A DNA stretch of 64,000 nt from an uncultured virus (IMG/VR IMGVR_UViG_3300027734_000054) (IMGVR_UViG_3300027734_000054); one strand, 5' to 3'. Positions 12,313 through 22,748 are shown, counted from the first letter of the stretch. Program-made: numbers and translations. Notes: generated by a model not told the origin, from the letters alone.

Positions 12313-13932
12313 TTATAATTTGAATTCTTCGCCTCCGCCTTCTTCTTCAGTAGCTCCTTCTGCTCCTGTAGCTCCTTCTGCTCCCGTAGCTCCCTCTGCT
12401 TCTTTTTTTGCTTCTGCAGCTTTTTCTTTAGCTTTTTTGTTATCTAATAAATCCTGATTAGTCATACCTAAGAATCTATCTATAAGGAAATCCATACTGA
12501 AGTAGTTTTTCCCTTCAGAATTTTTAAGTCCTGATATTTTAATAACCTGATCTTTTCTTGCAGTCATTACTTCCATATCCTTGGATTCCCTAAACATGTT
12601 CTCCTTAACATAGTCTAGTCCAAATTCGGATTTAAGAATGTAATCTTTTTTTAATTCAGGGAAATCTAAACAGAATTGAACCCATAGAGGCTTCATAAGT
12701 ATATCCTGGTAAATAGATCTTAATCTGTTAATAAATTTACCAAACCTGATTTCCTCTTGATCTACCCCTTCTGCAGCAAATGTAATTGTACCCTCTGATC
12801 CAGATTCTTCTCTTCCGAATCGTGTTACGGGAATTTTGGAATCCATTCGGAGCTTATTAGCAAAATATTTTAATGCTGTCGTGTCGCTAAATGCTGTTGC
12901 ATCACCAGCTCCTGCTAAAGGTTGTATATCAGGAGTTCCGTTAGGAGACGAAGGCATTAAATAGTTTTTGAAGAATTGTATTTTTGGTCTTCCGTCTACT
13001 GTTAATTCTCCACTGTCCGTATTTAATCTTATATCCTCTTTGTAGATAGACATAAGTTCTCCAAGTGTTTGTTTAGCTTTTTGCGGCGATTTAGTACCAA
13101 TAGGAACGGTCATTGCCATACGATATGATGAATTCATCACGTTCCATATGATTCTTGTGTGTTCCATAATTCTAAGAAGGTTAAAAGATCTAATCATTCT
13201 TTCAACGTAGCTTACTCTAGATGATGTACCGCCTCCTTTTGCATAACTTATATAAATTATCTGAGAATCGTAAAGCTTTCTAGTTAATGCTGGATTGTCC
13301 GGATATTGTATCCATATATCAATGTAGCTTCCATCTGGTTGTTGTTCTACTGTTGGTACGAGAGATGCAGGATCTAATTCTTTAAATCCTACGATATTCT
13401 TACCTTTCTTATCAAAAACTATTTCAAATGATAAAATACCTTCTACTAAAAATTTTCTATAAAGATGCCAAGCTAAAATATCTTGGTTAAATCCGAATAG
13501 ATTGTATATCTCCCTATATCTTTTCTGTACTTTCTTGTATGTTTCCTCATCAACATCTTCGTGTTGCATGAAAGAGAAATAAGCCCAGAAGTTTTTTTCG
13601 TCGTATACAATAGATTCGTCACATATTGTATCTAAGATAAATTCAATCTCTGGGTTCTGTCCAAATCCTTGTAAATAATGTCTTTTGTTTTTGTAATCCT
13701 TATCGAAATAAGCTATGTATTGCTTGGTAGACGTATCAGCTCTTCTTAATCCGAAAAGGAAAGCCTCGTCTTTAATTCCACCCTTTTGTAAGAATTGAGC
13801 TTCAGAAACACCTACAGCCTGAGAATTCTTTATAACAAGATCCTCATAAGCCATTCCGAAGCTACTAACCTTTTTAATACTATCAACGATAGAGCTAAAA
13901 AATGTTTTATTTCCGTCTGTAAATCCAGCCAT
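12313..13932 (-). CDS. Portal protein (T4 gp20-like), paralog 1
   Basis: Same gp20 motifs (SYVERMIRSFNLLRIME, EEIRFGKFINRLR). Colinear with the adjacent paralog. Confidence 0.88.
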   Translation of the reverse strand: MAGFTDGNKTFFSSIVDSIKKVSSFGMAYEDLVIKNSQAVGVSEAQFLQKGGIKDEAFLFGLRRADTSTKQYIAYFDKDYKNKRHYLQGFGQNPEIEFILDTICDESIVYDEKNFWAYFSFMQHEDVDEETYKKVQKRYREIYNLFGFNQDILAWHLYRKFLVEGILSFEIVFDKKGKNIVGFKELDPASLVPTVEQQPDGSYIDIWIQYPDNPALTRKLYDSQIIYISYAKGGGTSSRVSYVERMIRSFNLLRIMEHTRIIWNVMNSSYRMAMTVPIGTKSPQKAKQTLGELMSIYKEDIRLNTDSGELTVDGRPKIQFFKNYLMPSSPNGTPDIQPLAGAGDATAFSDTTALKYFANKLRMDSKIPVTRFGREESGSEGTITFAAEGVDQEEIRFGKFINRLRSIYQDILMKPLWVQFCLDFPELKKDYILKSEFGLDYVKENMFRESKDMEVMTARKDQVIKISGLKNSEGKNYFSMDFLIDRFLGMTNQDLLDNKKAKEKAAEAKKEAEGATGAEGATGAEGATEEEGGGEEFKL

Positions 13933-14525
13933 TAGATCTTTGAGTTTTTAGTATATATCTCTTCTATCGGGGTCCCTTGAATTGACCGAGTATGTAGATA
14001 TATTATTCTAGTCCAATCTTCGTAGGGAATTTCCATTACATCGCGAACTTTTTTTAAATCCCATACTCTATATGTATTTTTATAAGGTATCCCCTTCATA
14101 ATAACATCAAAAGTTTCGTAATCGGTTTTAAGCGGGATCTGTCCCCTCGATTCTCCGCTTTCTATTTTTTTCATATTAGATTCTATTAAATCCTGATAAA
14201 CAGATTGTATCCTTGAAAAAAATGCTAATCTAAAAATAGGAGGCATTAATATTATATCTACACCACTAAAAGCCTGCTTATTCTCATAATTCATAAATCC
14301 AGTAAAAAATATAACTGGTCTTTTATTTATGAATTTCTTATTCTTCTCCAATACGTCATCGTACTCAAAAGAATAAAATTTACCGGGTAAAAAACCTTGA
14401 GGATTGAATTGACTCTTTTGGTTTACAAAATTTTTAAACCAGAACATAAAAGATTCCTCCGCTAGCGATGATAATCCCGAAACATTTAATTTATAATCTT
14501 CAAATTGATCTTTAAAAGGCTTCAT
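13932..14525 (-). CDS. DNA end protector protein (T4 gp2-like)
   Basis: PGKFYSFEYD..P.IF..F.G pattern and IP.EDW near the C-terminus. Adjacent to a gp4-like gene. Confidence 0.7.
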   Translation of the reverse strand: MKPFKDQFEDYKLNVSGLSSLAEESFMFWFKNFVNQKSQFNPQGFLPGKFYSFEYDDVLEKNKKFINKRPVIFFTGFMNYENKQAFSGVDIILMPPIFRLAFFSRIQSVYQDLIESNMKKIESGESRGQIPLKTDYETFDVIMKGIPYKNTYRVWDLKKVRDVMEIPYEDWTRIIYLHTRSIQGTPIEEIYTKNSKI

Positions 14526-15010
14526 CTCATTATAAAGTTTTCGTTTATAGCTCCAAATTTATAACCCCTTGCTTCTGCAAATCTTGTTGCTGCCTCAAAC
14601 TTTGATCTATTTATTATCCATGTCTTAAGCTTCTCGTTGTAATTTCTAATTTTCTTTTCAGTTAAATTACCTATCGGTTCTTGTGGACGTTTTGTTATAT
14701 CATATTGATTTTCGGGTTTGATCTCTATAAACCAATTTTCTATGGTTTGATCGGCTTTCTTAACCTGAATATAATAATCAACGAAATATTTATGCTCTTT
14801 CTTATCGATAGGACTCCAATAAGGTATCGAAAGAGGCTCAGAACTCCATTTTAATATATTGGGATTCGTGTCGCAGTATTGACAGAATTTTCTTTCCCAC
14901 GAGCTTCTGTATATTATATTGTGTATATCACCGATGTACTTTTCAGGGTTGTTTGGAAAATATTTACCAGACTGCCACTTACCATTCGGTTTTAACTTTT
15001 TAATGTCCAA
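14522..15010 (-). CDS. Head completion nuclease (T4 gp4 / TnsA N-terminal-like)
   Basis: PEKYIGD..IIYRSSWERKF..WSSE..IPY..YFVD..IEIKP. Confidence 0.9.
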   Translation of the reverse strand: MDIKKLKPNGKWQSGKYFPNNPEKYIGDIHNIIYRSSWERKFCQYCDTNPNILKWSSEPLSIPYWSPIDKKEHKYFVDYYIQVKKADQTIENWFIEIKPENQYDITKRPQEPIGNLTEKKIRNYNEKLKTWIINRSKFEAATRFAEARGYKFGAINENFIMR

Positions 15011-15012
15011 AA

Positions 15013-15369
15013 TTAAACGTTATAGACAGAGTTCTCTTCTCTTACTATTCTAGAAAAAGGTATAGTTTTAATTGATTTTGGTGGGTGGATTTTTTTCCAT
15101 CCTTTTTTCATACCGTTGTGTGCGATTTGAGATATGAATGCAAAAGGGTTATCGGATTTTGCAGGATCGTAACGATTCCAGTATTTAACTAGATCCTCTA
15201 GCCCTGACGACATACAGTCTTCTCTGTCTTCGCTATCTCTATATGAATGTGTTTTTGACATACCGTTTACTATAAGGGTAAACATTTCAACGGTTTCTCT
15301 TGTGAGCTGGCCTTTTTCTTTGCTTTCTAAAAGTGCTCTTTTTAATTCTTTGTTTTTTACGTAGATCAT
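15013..15369 (-). CDS. Late transcription sigma factor (T4 gp55-like, short)
   Basis: YVKNKEL..REDCMS.GLE..KY..YDP.KS.NPFAFISQI pattern typical of gp55. Confidence 0.8.
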   Translation of the reverse strand: MIYVKNKELKRALLESKEKGQLTRETVEMFTLIVNGMSKTHSYRDSEDREDCMSSGLEDLVKYWNRYDPAKSDNPFAFISQIAHNGMKKGWKKIHPPKSIKTIPFSRIVREENSVYNV

Positions 15370-15617
15370 TGTTCTTCAGGGAGATTATTTTGGAGCTTTT
15401 GTAGCTGATTTTCTAAATTTACTTTCAATTGTTCCAAATTTTTCCTAGAATTTCTAATTGTGTCTATACCTATCTTACCATGTTCTTTACTAGAAGTTTC
15501 CAATTCTTCTATTTTTGCTAGACAATCTTTCAAATCGTCTAAAATAAAATTGAGTCTGTTACCAAGCCCCTCTTCAGGATTGCCAGTAACAGACTCAATT
15601 ATTTTTTGTGTATTTAG
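15366..15617 (-). CDS. ATG-less 83-codon coiled-coil frame; probable -1 frameshift extension of the 776-aa protein
   Basis: Open frame LNTQKIIESVTGNPEEG...NNLPEEQ* starts at slippery A_AAA_AAC and ends in an ATGA overlap with the next gene. Confidence 0.65.
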   Translation of the reverse strand, partial: LNTQKIIESVTGNPEEGLGNRLNFILDDLKDCLAKIEELETSSKEHGKIGIDTIRNSRKNLEQLKVNLENQLQKLQNNLPEEQ

Positions 15618-17944
15618 TTTTTTTTTGATTTAGAAGCAGGTGCTTTAGAAAGTCCTGCTCTATTGATATCTTCTACGAATTTAGAACCATTTTTTTTGCT
15701 GTTACCGTGAGCATCAGCTAAATTAGCATCATCTTCATCTTCGATGAATTTTTTTGGCTTTTCAGTTTTTCCTTTAGGAGCCTTTTCAATATGTGAATTT
15801 TTTTGATTCTCCTTTAAAGCTAAATTCATGCTTTTAAGATCCTGTATGAATTTACCTGGTGTTTTGATCTTAGATCCAGGTGCATCAGCTAAATCTGCAT
15901 TTGATGGGTTATCGATAAAGTTTTTACCTTTACCTGCACTTCCTTTAGGGGAATTAGCCATTCCTGCATTGTTCTTAATTCCTCTTCCTGTTAACGGTGA
16001 TTGTTTTCCAGAATTAGAAACAGAAGCTAAATTAGAATTTTTTGAATCATCAATAAACTTAGATGAAGATCCAGTTTTTTTATTAGGAGCAGCTGATAAA
16101 TGTTTTTTGTACATACTCATAAAAACTTTATCGTAGTGACTAGCAGCTGCTTTATCCGGTGCAGATGCAAAGTTTTGACTAGATTCATTTGCAGTGTCAT
16201 CGCTAAATTCAAGATCTAATTCTGGTGCTTGAATATCATAATTATCTACTTCGTCGGTAAGATCTTCTACGTCAGAGAAAAAATATTCTCCTGTCTTACC
16301 TTCCTTAAAAAGCACTGTGTAAGTTTTTGAACTACCATCAACGCCTATTACTTTACCTTTAACACCATTTCTTTTTACTCTAATCTCAGTGTCGATTGGA
16401 TATCCCATATCTTCATTAACTGAATCGATCACCTTTGCTTTATTTTCAAATCTAGATATCTCAACGTTAATTTGATTCCATCTATCTTTAAGAGATTCGA
16501 TCTCATTTTCGATCCCTTCTGTTAAAGAAATTAATTCTTGTGAATTTACAAGTAAAGGATTTTGTTCTTTAGCCTGATCGATTTTTCTTAATTCACTTTC
16601 TAATATTTCTATATTATTAACGATCTCTTTTTTATCGTTTTTCATAATGCTTAAGAAAGCTTTTTCTCCATCTAAGAATTCTGTAAGAGATTCTGAGATA
16701 TCATATTTAAGAAAATCTTGTACGATGTTAATAGCTTGTGTTGCATTAGCTTCGTACATTTTGTTAAGTCTCATAGAAGGATTAACAGTTTGTACGTAGA
16801 TTTTACCTTCGATTTTAAAAATGTTAGCTTCTACTCCTTCGTAGATTTTAGATTTAATTTTCTTGCCAAAGTCAAGATCAACTAATTCTTCAGCTACATT
16901 AGAAACAAACATCGCTTTTGCAATCTTGTGGTTTGAACCTTCTAATAGATTATTGGTTGAAACACTAACTACTGCTGGAAGATCTTCTTCGCTTATTTTT
17001 TTACCATCAAAGTAAATATTTTTAGTTTCGTTTTCGAATACGATCTCTATTCTATTGTTACCTAGATTTAAAGATATCTTATTGTTGCCAATTTTAATAT
17101 CTCTATCAGCTAATACCTGAGCTTTATCAGCAAGTTCAGCAGGAACCTCTTCCATTTCACATTCGAAGATGCTGTTAGTATCTCCGTCTAATTTGAAGAA
17201 TTTGCCAGAAGCATAGAATATAGATTCGTTTTCATTTACATGAACAGGAGAATAGATGTTAGTAACTTCACAAACATCATTATCGTATCCTACATTAAAT
17301 TTACCAGTTTCGTTATTTTCATAGATAGAAAGGAAACTAACTAAATTTCTAACCATTGGATTAAATCCAAATCTTTTAAGTCCATGAATTAAAGTGTCTG
17401 ATGTTCTTTTTTCTGATACTAACCAATTTTTCATTTGAGATGTTGCATCAGAAAATAATTCTTTTCCTGAAGCTCCTTTGATAGTTTCGTATGTTTTTAA
17501 AACCTCAACCTCTCTTCTATTTTTTTCGTATGTGTCAGATAAGTTTTCTAAAACCGGTGCAACTGAATTTTCCCAAGAAAAAGATCTAAGGTCTTCGATT
17601 AATCCCTCAATTAAGAAAGCTTCAGATATTCCCTTATTAAAAAGAAGGTGTTCGTATTTTTCAAGAAGAATTTTACCTGCTGGTAATTCATAAATACTTG
17701 AATTTTTAAGTGCTGAAACTGTGTTAGTAAGACCGAAACTAAAAGATGTATTTCCTTTTGATTTTGGTGAAAAATCGTTGTTATTTGATTCTTTAAGCAT
17801 TTGTGAAGTCGATCCATTAAGGAAAGAAGAAGCAACAGGAGCTTTAGTAGCATCTAGACCTGCCCACTCTCTTAAGGAGTCTGCAGCATTCTTAGATGTT
17901 TCCATGTTTAATCTGTTGATCTCTGGATTAATATTTTTTTCCAT
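15614..17944 (-). CDS. Large uncharacterised protein, possibly head core/scaffold
   Basis: 776-aa ORF with a coiled coil and repeated C-terminal A(D/K)AP..K..F motifs. Preceded by GATATATA. Lies in the head module. Confidence 0.75.
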   Translation of the reverse strand: MEKNINPEINRLNMETSKNAADSLREWAGLDATKAPVASSFLNGSTSQMLKESNNNDFSPKSKGNTSFSFGLTNTVSALKNSSIYELPAGKILLEKYEHLLFNKGISEAFLIEGLIEDLRSFSWENSVAPVLENLSDTYEKNRREVEVLKTYETIKGASGKELFSDATSQMKNWLVSEKRTSDTLIHGLKRFGFNPMVRNLVSFLSIYENNETGKFNVGYDNDVCEVTNIYSPVHVNENESIFYASGKFFKLDGDTNSIFECEMEEVPAELADKAQVLADRDIKIGNNKISLNLGNNRIEIVFENETKNIYFDGKKISEEDLPAVVSVSTNNLLEGSNHKIAKAMFVSNVAEELVDLDFGKKIKSKIYEGVEANIFKIEGKIYVQTVNPSMRLNKMYEANATQAINIVQDFLKYDISESLTEFLDGEKAFLSIMKNDKKEIVNNIEILESELRKIDQAKEQNPLLVNSQELISLTEGIENEIESLKDRWNQINVEISRFENKAKVIDSVNEDMGYPIDTEIRVKRNGVKGKVIGVDGSSKTYTVLFKEGKTGEYFFSDVEDLTDEVDNYDIQAPELDLEFSDDTANESSQNFASAPDKAAASHYDKVFMSMYKKHLSAAPNKKTGSSSKFIDDSKNSNLASVSNSGKQSPLTGRGIKNNAGMANSPKGSAGKGKNFIDNPSNADLADAPGSKIKTPGKFIQDLKSMNLALKENQKNSHIEKAPKGKTEKPKKFIEDEDDANLADAHGNSKKNGSKFVEDINRAGLSKAPASKSKKN

Positions 17945-17994
17945 TTTTAATTCGCTTTTTTAGTATATATCATCATCTACAAAGATTTTCCTAG

Positions 17995-18495
17995 TTATGT
18001 TATAGTAGAAAACCCTCCGGCTAATATCACCTCAACATTTACTCTAACACTATGAGGATTATAGAGTAACATACCTCCCTGGCTAAAGAAAGGAGACTCG
18101 ATATCACTACCATTAGGATCTAAGTCCCATCCCCTTCCTGGGAAATTGGGTGAATAGTCACTAGGATTACCTGTTAATATAGTTAAATTTGCCATTGGAA
18201 GGTAAGCTCCATTGTAAATTATATTTATAAATCTACTAGCTACTGGTAGTGTTGTTGGATATGTTGCTTTTATCATTACAAAAGAAAGTTCTCCTAGTCC
18301 TTCCGAATTTAACAAAAGAGTGGAGTTACCGTAAACACATCCAGTAAAACTTGAAAAGTTATTTATTGTTATATCTGTATCACATAAAGATATTTCTCTA
18401 ATTACAGTTGTTCCATTAATAATCTGTAGATTACATCTTTGGAAAATTGCTCCTTCAAAAGGAATAGTATTACATACTAGAGGTGGTGTAGCCAT
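17995..18495 (-). CDS. Hypothetical virion protein (paralog of next gene)
   Basis: Shares FQ.CNL.I..G...ISLCD, GWDL and GG...NP motifs with 18495..19079. Confidence 0.75.
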   Translation of the reverse strand: MATPPLVCNTIPFEGAIFQRCNLQIINGTTVIREISLCDTDITINNFSSFTGCVYGNSTLLLNSEGLGELSFVMIKATYPTTLPVASRFINIIYNGAYLPMANLTILTGNPSDYSPNFPGRGWDLDPNGSDIESPFFSQGGMLLYNPHSVRVNVEVILAGGFSTIT

Positions 18496-19079
18496 TAGTT
18501 AAAAACAAATATTTCTAGTTCAGTATCATAATACTGATTAGGGTTGGTAAACATAATACCTCCGAAAGTTAAATCTGGTGAAGCAACTGGAGGAAATATC
18601 TGTGGTGAAAAATCAGGTGAGGGTGGATTGTTAGAATAATAGCTTAAATCCCACCCGTGCCAAGGTATTCCTGGTTCAGTTCTACCAGTTAAAGCCATCA
18701 TTGAATTTATAGGATAAACATTTCCTTTATATTCCCATGTTAAGTATCGATCAATAGGTTCTATTTTACTATCATATTTAACTTTAATGATAATTAACTG
18801 AACCTCCCCTTGTTCTTGTCCTACTTCAGGAGCTGTTAATATATAATTAGAAGAAGCTTTTAAGGTTACACTTCTTTTTAATGATCCCCCACATCCTCCA
18901 AGATCCCCACTACCTAATGATTCTAGCTTGAAGTCACATAAAGATATAGTAGACAGAACATTTGAACCCTGTTTTATATCTAAATTACACGATTGGAATG
19001 CTACTCTTCGGTAGACTCCAGGATTACAATCTAAAAATTTTATATAATCCGGATTTGTTGTATAAACTGTTTTTATCAT
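18495..19079 (-). CDS. Hypothetical virion protein (paralog of previous gene)
   Basis: 194-aa ORF with the motifs shared with 17995..18495. Confidence 0.75.
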   Translation of the reverse strand: MIKTVYTTNPDYIKFLDCNPGVYRRVAFQSCNLDIKQGSNVLSTISLCDFKLESLGSGDLGGCGGSLKRSVTLKASSNYILTAPEVGQEQGEVQLIIIKVKYDSKIEPIDRYLTWEYKGNVYPINSMMALTGRTEPGIPWHGWDLSYYSNNPPSPDFSPQIFPPVASPDLTFGGIMFTNPNQYYDTELEIFVFN

Positions 19080-20233
19080 TTTAATCGTCCTTGTCCTCCA
19101 GGATTATTTCTAAACTTATTTCTTTTCCTCTTGTATTCTTCTATATCCCTATTGTATTTATCCTCTTCGCTCTCTTTAATCCCATCTACTTGGATATTAT
19201 CCGTAGTTTCTTCTTTTATAATATCAGAAACTGAGATAATTGGTGATTCTTTTTGTGGCGAGATGTAATCTGTTATAGAGACACTTTTATTTTTATCCTG
19301 TGTCTCCTCTTTCACCTTTCTTCTAAATCTAGGTATTAATGCCCATATTTTTTTAACTAATTCTTTCATCTCCTCTTTTTTATTTTCTTCTTTAGATTTT
19401 TTTTCTGGTTTTTTATTTTCGATGTCACCGTCATCATCTTTTAATTTTTCAAATGCAAAGTTTGCAGCAATAACTAAAGCTATTGCAAGAGGATCAAAAA
19501 CTAACATTAGAACTATAATGTACCAATTCACAACTTCTCCTAAGCTTTTACCGGTCAGTTCTGCAATATATTTAAGGGGTCCGACTTCCTTAGCAAGATC
19601 TGAATCTGATGATACATGAAGTTTGTTACCTTCTATCGAGGAGATCTTATTATTTTTAGATGATATAGAGTCATTAAGAACAGAAACTTCAGAATCTACC
19701 CTTTTAATTTCAGAATCAACATCTTTGATTTGTTGTCTAACTGAATTAGTAGATTTACCTTTCTCAATCAGAACATCTTGTGTTGATTGTAAATTTGTTC
19801 TTATTGTAGTCAATTGCAAAACACGGTCATTCTTTTGTTTAACCTGTGATTCGTAATTGTTTATCTCAGTTTTAATTGTTGATATATTTCTATCTAAAAT
19901 CTCTATGTTTTTGTCCTGATTTTCAACTTTAAAAGCAGTCTCTTGGTAAGCAGATGAAAGGAACCCGTAAATCCCAGCAGACGTTATTAAAATCAAAATT
20001 AGAGTGGCTATAGAAAGATATATCTTGAGTCCTTTATTGATTGAGCTCCAATATTGATACAACAATGAAGCTGTTACTAATTTTGCAAACTCTAGACTCC
20101 CTGCAAGAACCATTACCTGCAAAGAAGCTCCTGCAAACATCTTACCTAAACCTGATACGGAATAAAAAGCTGCAGATCCAGAAACAGATAAAGCTGAAAG
20201 TGCAATCAACCAGGGAAATAATTTCTTTTTCAT
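19076..20233 (-). CDS. Membrane protein with coiled coil (3 TM, coiled coil, 1 TM)
   Basis: Hydrophobic helices, TSAGIYGFLS, EVGPLKYIA and VFDPLAI motifs. Confidence 0.8.
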   Translation of the reverse strand: MKKKLFPWLIALSALSVSGSAAFYSVSGLGKMFAGASLQVMVLAGSLEFAKLVTASLLYQYWSSINKGLKIYLSIATLILILITSAGIYGFLSSAYQETAFKVENQDKNIEILDRNISTIKTEINNYESQVKQKNDRVLQLTTIRTNLQSTQDVLIEKGKSTNSVRQQIKDVDSEIKRVDSEVSVLNDSISSKNNKISSIEGNKLHVSSDSDLAKEVGPLKYIAELTGKSLGEVVNWYIIVLMLVFDPLAIALVIAANFAFEKLKDDDGDIENKKPEKKSKEENKKEEMKELVKKIWALIPRFRRKVKEETQDKNKSVSITDYISPQKESPIISVSDIIKEETTDNIQVDGIKESEEDKYNRDIEEYKRKRNKFRNNPGGQGRLK

Positions 20234-20250
20234 ACTCTAGTATATATCCA

Positions 20251-20282
20251 CAAAAAAAAGACTGGATTTAAATCCAGTCTTT
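20251..20282 (-). terminator. Intrinsic terminator
   Basis: AAAGACTGGATT-TA-AATCCAGTCTTT hairpin followed by a U-tract on the minus strand. Confidence 0.75.
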
Positions 20283-20306
20283 AATATTATAGTAGGTAAA
20301 ATTTAA

Positions 20307-20816
20307 TTATTCAATCACTACCCCTTGCTCTGCAGCAGCTAACTGTTGCTCTAAGTCTTTAACTACAGCGTTATCTTGTTGGATAAGAGCTAAAGTTTCT
20401 TCGAATGTCTTCCATAAAGAAATAAAATCCTTAACTTCAGAAGCACCTTTTCCTGACCATTTCATAAGAAAATAGTGAGAAGCTTCAACTTCAAGATTTG
20501 TTAGATATGCTACACCATCCTTAATTCCTTCTTTTTTAACGGCTTCGATTCTTTTGAGAATTTCAGTAACACCCAATGCTTCCTTGGATCTCCATTCCAC
20601 TTCTTCGTTCATAAAGTTGTCGAATCTTTTCAATAATTTAGCATCCATTGAAACTGCATACTCCTTATTAGTAAGACTTTTTTTGAAGTCCTCTAGATCT
20701 TTTCTGATTGAAGCAACTTTTTCTTGATCAACATTACTGATAAACTTATCAAGGATTTCTTCGTTTTGCGCCTCTGTAATAGCTGGTGATGTTTCTTTAA
20801 ATTTAGTCTTTGCCAT
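20307..20816 (-). CDS. Hypothetical protein
   Basis: 169-aa ORF with its own GAAAC-N17-TATAA promoter and a terminator. Confidence 0.75.
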   Translation of the reverse strand: MAKTKFKETSPAITEAQNEEILDKFISNVDQEKVASIRKDLEDFKKSLTNKEYAVSMDAKLLKRFDNFMNEEVEWRSKEALGVTEILKRIEAVKKEGIKDGVAYLTNLEVEASHYFLMKWSGKGASEVKDFISLWKTFEETLALIQQDNAVVKDLEQQLAAAEQGVVIE

Positions 20817-20864
20817 TTTAAATATTTTTTATGTTTGTTATACTTAGAAATTGTAGGAAGTTTC

Positions 20865-21623
20865 CTAGATAGAGTGCATTTTTCTGAATTTTTGAGCTAA
20901 TTCAATAAACTGAGAAAGATATTCTTTTAGTTCGTAATCGTGCACTTCAAATATTTGCAAATCTGACGTCTGTTCATTTGCTATCCTTATTTTACCAACC
21001 TTTGGAACCTCTCCATATTTTTCCGCACACATAAACATATAAGCAGCTATCTGTAATTTGTAATTTAATATGTCTTCTTCATCTTTAGGAGACGTTGAAG
21101 ATTTAAAATCATCTACTATTAGGTTTCTTTCTAAATCTCTGTAAACAAAGTCACAAGCTCCTGCCCATCCTCCTTTGAATGTAGTATAAAGAAATGCTTC
21201 GTTGTCTACAACTTCTGAGATATTTTCCCAGAACTTAGCATGATAGAAATTCCAGAATAGATTTCTCCCTTTCTCAACATATTTTAAGAATTTTCCGCCT
21301 TCCCTTCTAGCTTCTTCGATTGCAAAGATCTGTGCTTTCTTCAATGATCTGTCCACGTCTTTTTCTTTTGCCCACTCTAAAAGAAAAAGCTCCAGCATTG
21401 TGTGCATGACAGTTCCTCTTTCTGCAGCATCATGTAGTATCTTTTCCCATCTTTTCTCGCCGAATTCCTTCTTAAGCTTTTCGTATTTTTTGTTTTCTAC
21501 TAGCTTTAATATAGTAGTAACTGATGGTAAAATTAAAGGAGCCTCAGAGGCTCCTTCTATTATGTAAGCTCTACCCCAAGGGTATGCTTGTCTTGTTATG
21601 TTTATATCAGAAGATAAATTCAT
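20865..21623 (-). CDS. PD-(D/E)XK exonuclease
   Basis: LPSVTTIL, RGTVMH, AGACD, DFKSS and YKLQIAAY motifs. Confidence 0.88.
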   Translation of the reverse strand: MNLSSDINITRQAYPWGRAYIIEGASEAPLILPSVTTILKLVENKKYEKLKKEFGEKRWEKILHDAAERGTVMHTMLELFLLEWAKEKDVDRSLKKAQIFAIEEARREGGKFLKYVEKGRNLFWNFYHAKFWENISEVVDNEAFLYTTFKGGWAGACDFVYRDLERNLIVDDFKSSTSPKDEEDILNYKLQIAAYMFMCAEKYGEVPKVGKIRIANEQTSDLQIFEVHDYELKEYLSQFIELAQKFRKMHSI

Positions 21624-22068
21624 AGAGATTAATTAGTTGTGATGCTATCCATCCTAAAAATCCAAATTTTGCTTGGGACCAAATAAGTACTAGAATTAAT
21701 AATATTCGATAGATAACCCATCTTAATGATAGTCTTTGGAAATATGGAGTATACGTTAATAGATATGATAGAGATCCTGGTATTGGATTAATACTGGGTA
21801 GTATAATCTCGTGAAGGTTTAAGCTTGTTAAATATTCATTTAAAGGCTTGGATTCTTCAATTACAAAAGCGGGTCTAATTTCTTCTGGCGTATCGGGGGA
21901 ATAAATAACTTCAGGAGGTAAATTTACTACTGTGTATATTCTTCCCACCCAATCCACTCTTAATTTAAACTTTTTCCATTCTATACTATTCTCGTTATTC
22001 TTTATGATCCTACGGATATAAAGATAATTTTTAATATCTATTACGATTCTTTTGAAAGGATAATTCAT
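21607..22068 (-). CDS. Hypothetical protein with C-terminal TM segment
   Basis: 153-aa ORF with a hydrophobic C-terminus. Confidence 0.7.
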   Translation of the reverse strand: MNYPFKRIVIDIKNYLYIRRIIKNNENSIEWKKFKLRVDWVGRIYTVVNLPPEVIYSPDTPEEIRPAFVIEESKPLNEYLTSLNLHEIILPSINPIPGSLSYLLTYTPYFQRLSLRWVIYRILLILVLIWSQAKFGFLGWIASQLINLYEFIF

Positions 22069-22116
22069 AAATCTTTTCTATTTTTAGATTAAACTGAAGG
22101 AAAAGTTACAAAACGA

Positions 22117-22734
22117 TTAATCGTTAAAAGTTAAATTAACTCCAGGAAACATCTCCCTAACTTTTAATCTCGCTCTTCTTATTCTAGTAGCAATAGCTCT
22201 TTTTTTCATACCATGTTTATCTGCTATTTCTTGGTATTTCATTCTTAGTATCTCTCTATCAAAGAGTATATCCTTATAGATGTCAGGCAGATCCTTCATT
22301 CTTTCTAACACATTTTCGTATAGATCTTCCATTTCGTCAGTATCACTACTAATATAATCGCAATTGTATATGTTATCCTTATAATGACTTACCTTTTGTA
22401 CTGGATTATCGCCATCATCGTTATTTCTAACTATTTCTTGTATGATTGGCATATATCGGTCCTCACTCTTTTTTATTACTAAAGATTCGTTTCTTGCTAT
22501 ATTGTATACCCATGTAGAAAAGTTACCCCTTTGTGGATCATACTGTGATATCTTGGTCCATATCTTAGCCATTGTATTTGACACTGCATCTTCTGCTGCA
22601 TCTGTATCCATTAATATGGATTTACAATGATTTAATAATCCCGGTTTAATTCTTTTATACAATTCCACGAAGTCTTTATCTGAGGACGTCCTCATAAAGC
22701 TTTCTGCTAATTCCTGAATGTTTTTTACTGCCAT
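22117..22734 (-). CDS. ECF-type RNA polymerase sigma factor
   Basis: Region 2 (AEDAVS...FSTWVYNIARN) and region 4 (YQEIAD..ATRIRRAR). Confidence 0.92.
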   Translation of the reverse strand: MAVKNIQELAESFMRTSSDKDFVELYKRIKPGLLNHCKSILMDTDAAEDAVSNTMAKIWTKISQYDPQRGNFSTWVYNIARNESLVIKKSEDRYMPIIQEIVRNNDDGDNPVQKVSHYKDNIYNCDYISSDTDEMEDLYENVLERMKDLPDIYKDILFDREILRMKYQEIADKHGMKKRAIATRIRRARLKVREMFPGVNLTFND

Positions 22735-22748
22735 TTTTTCTAATTTTT

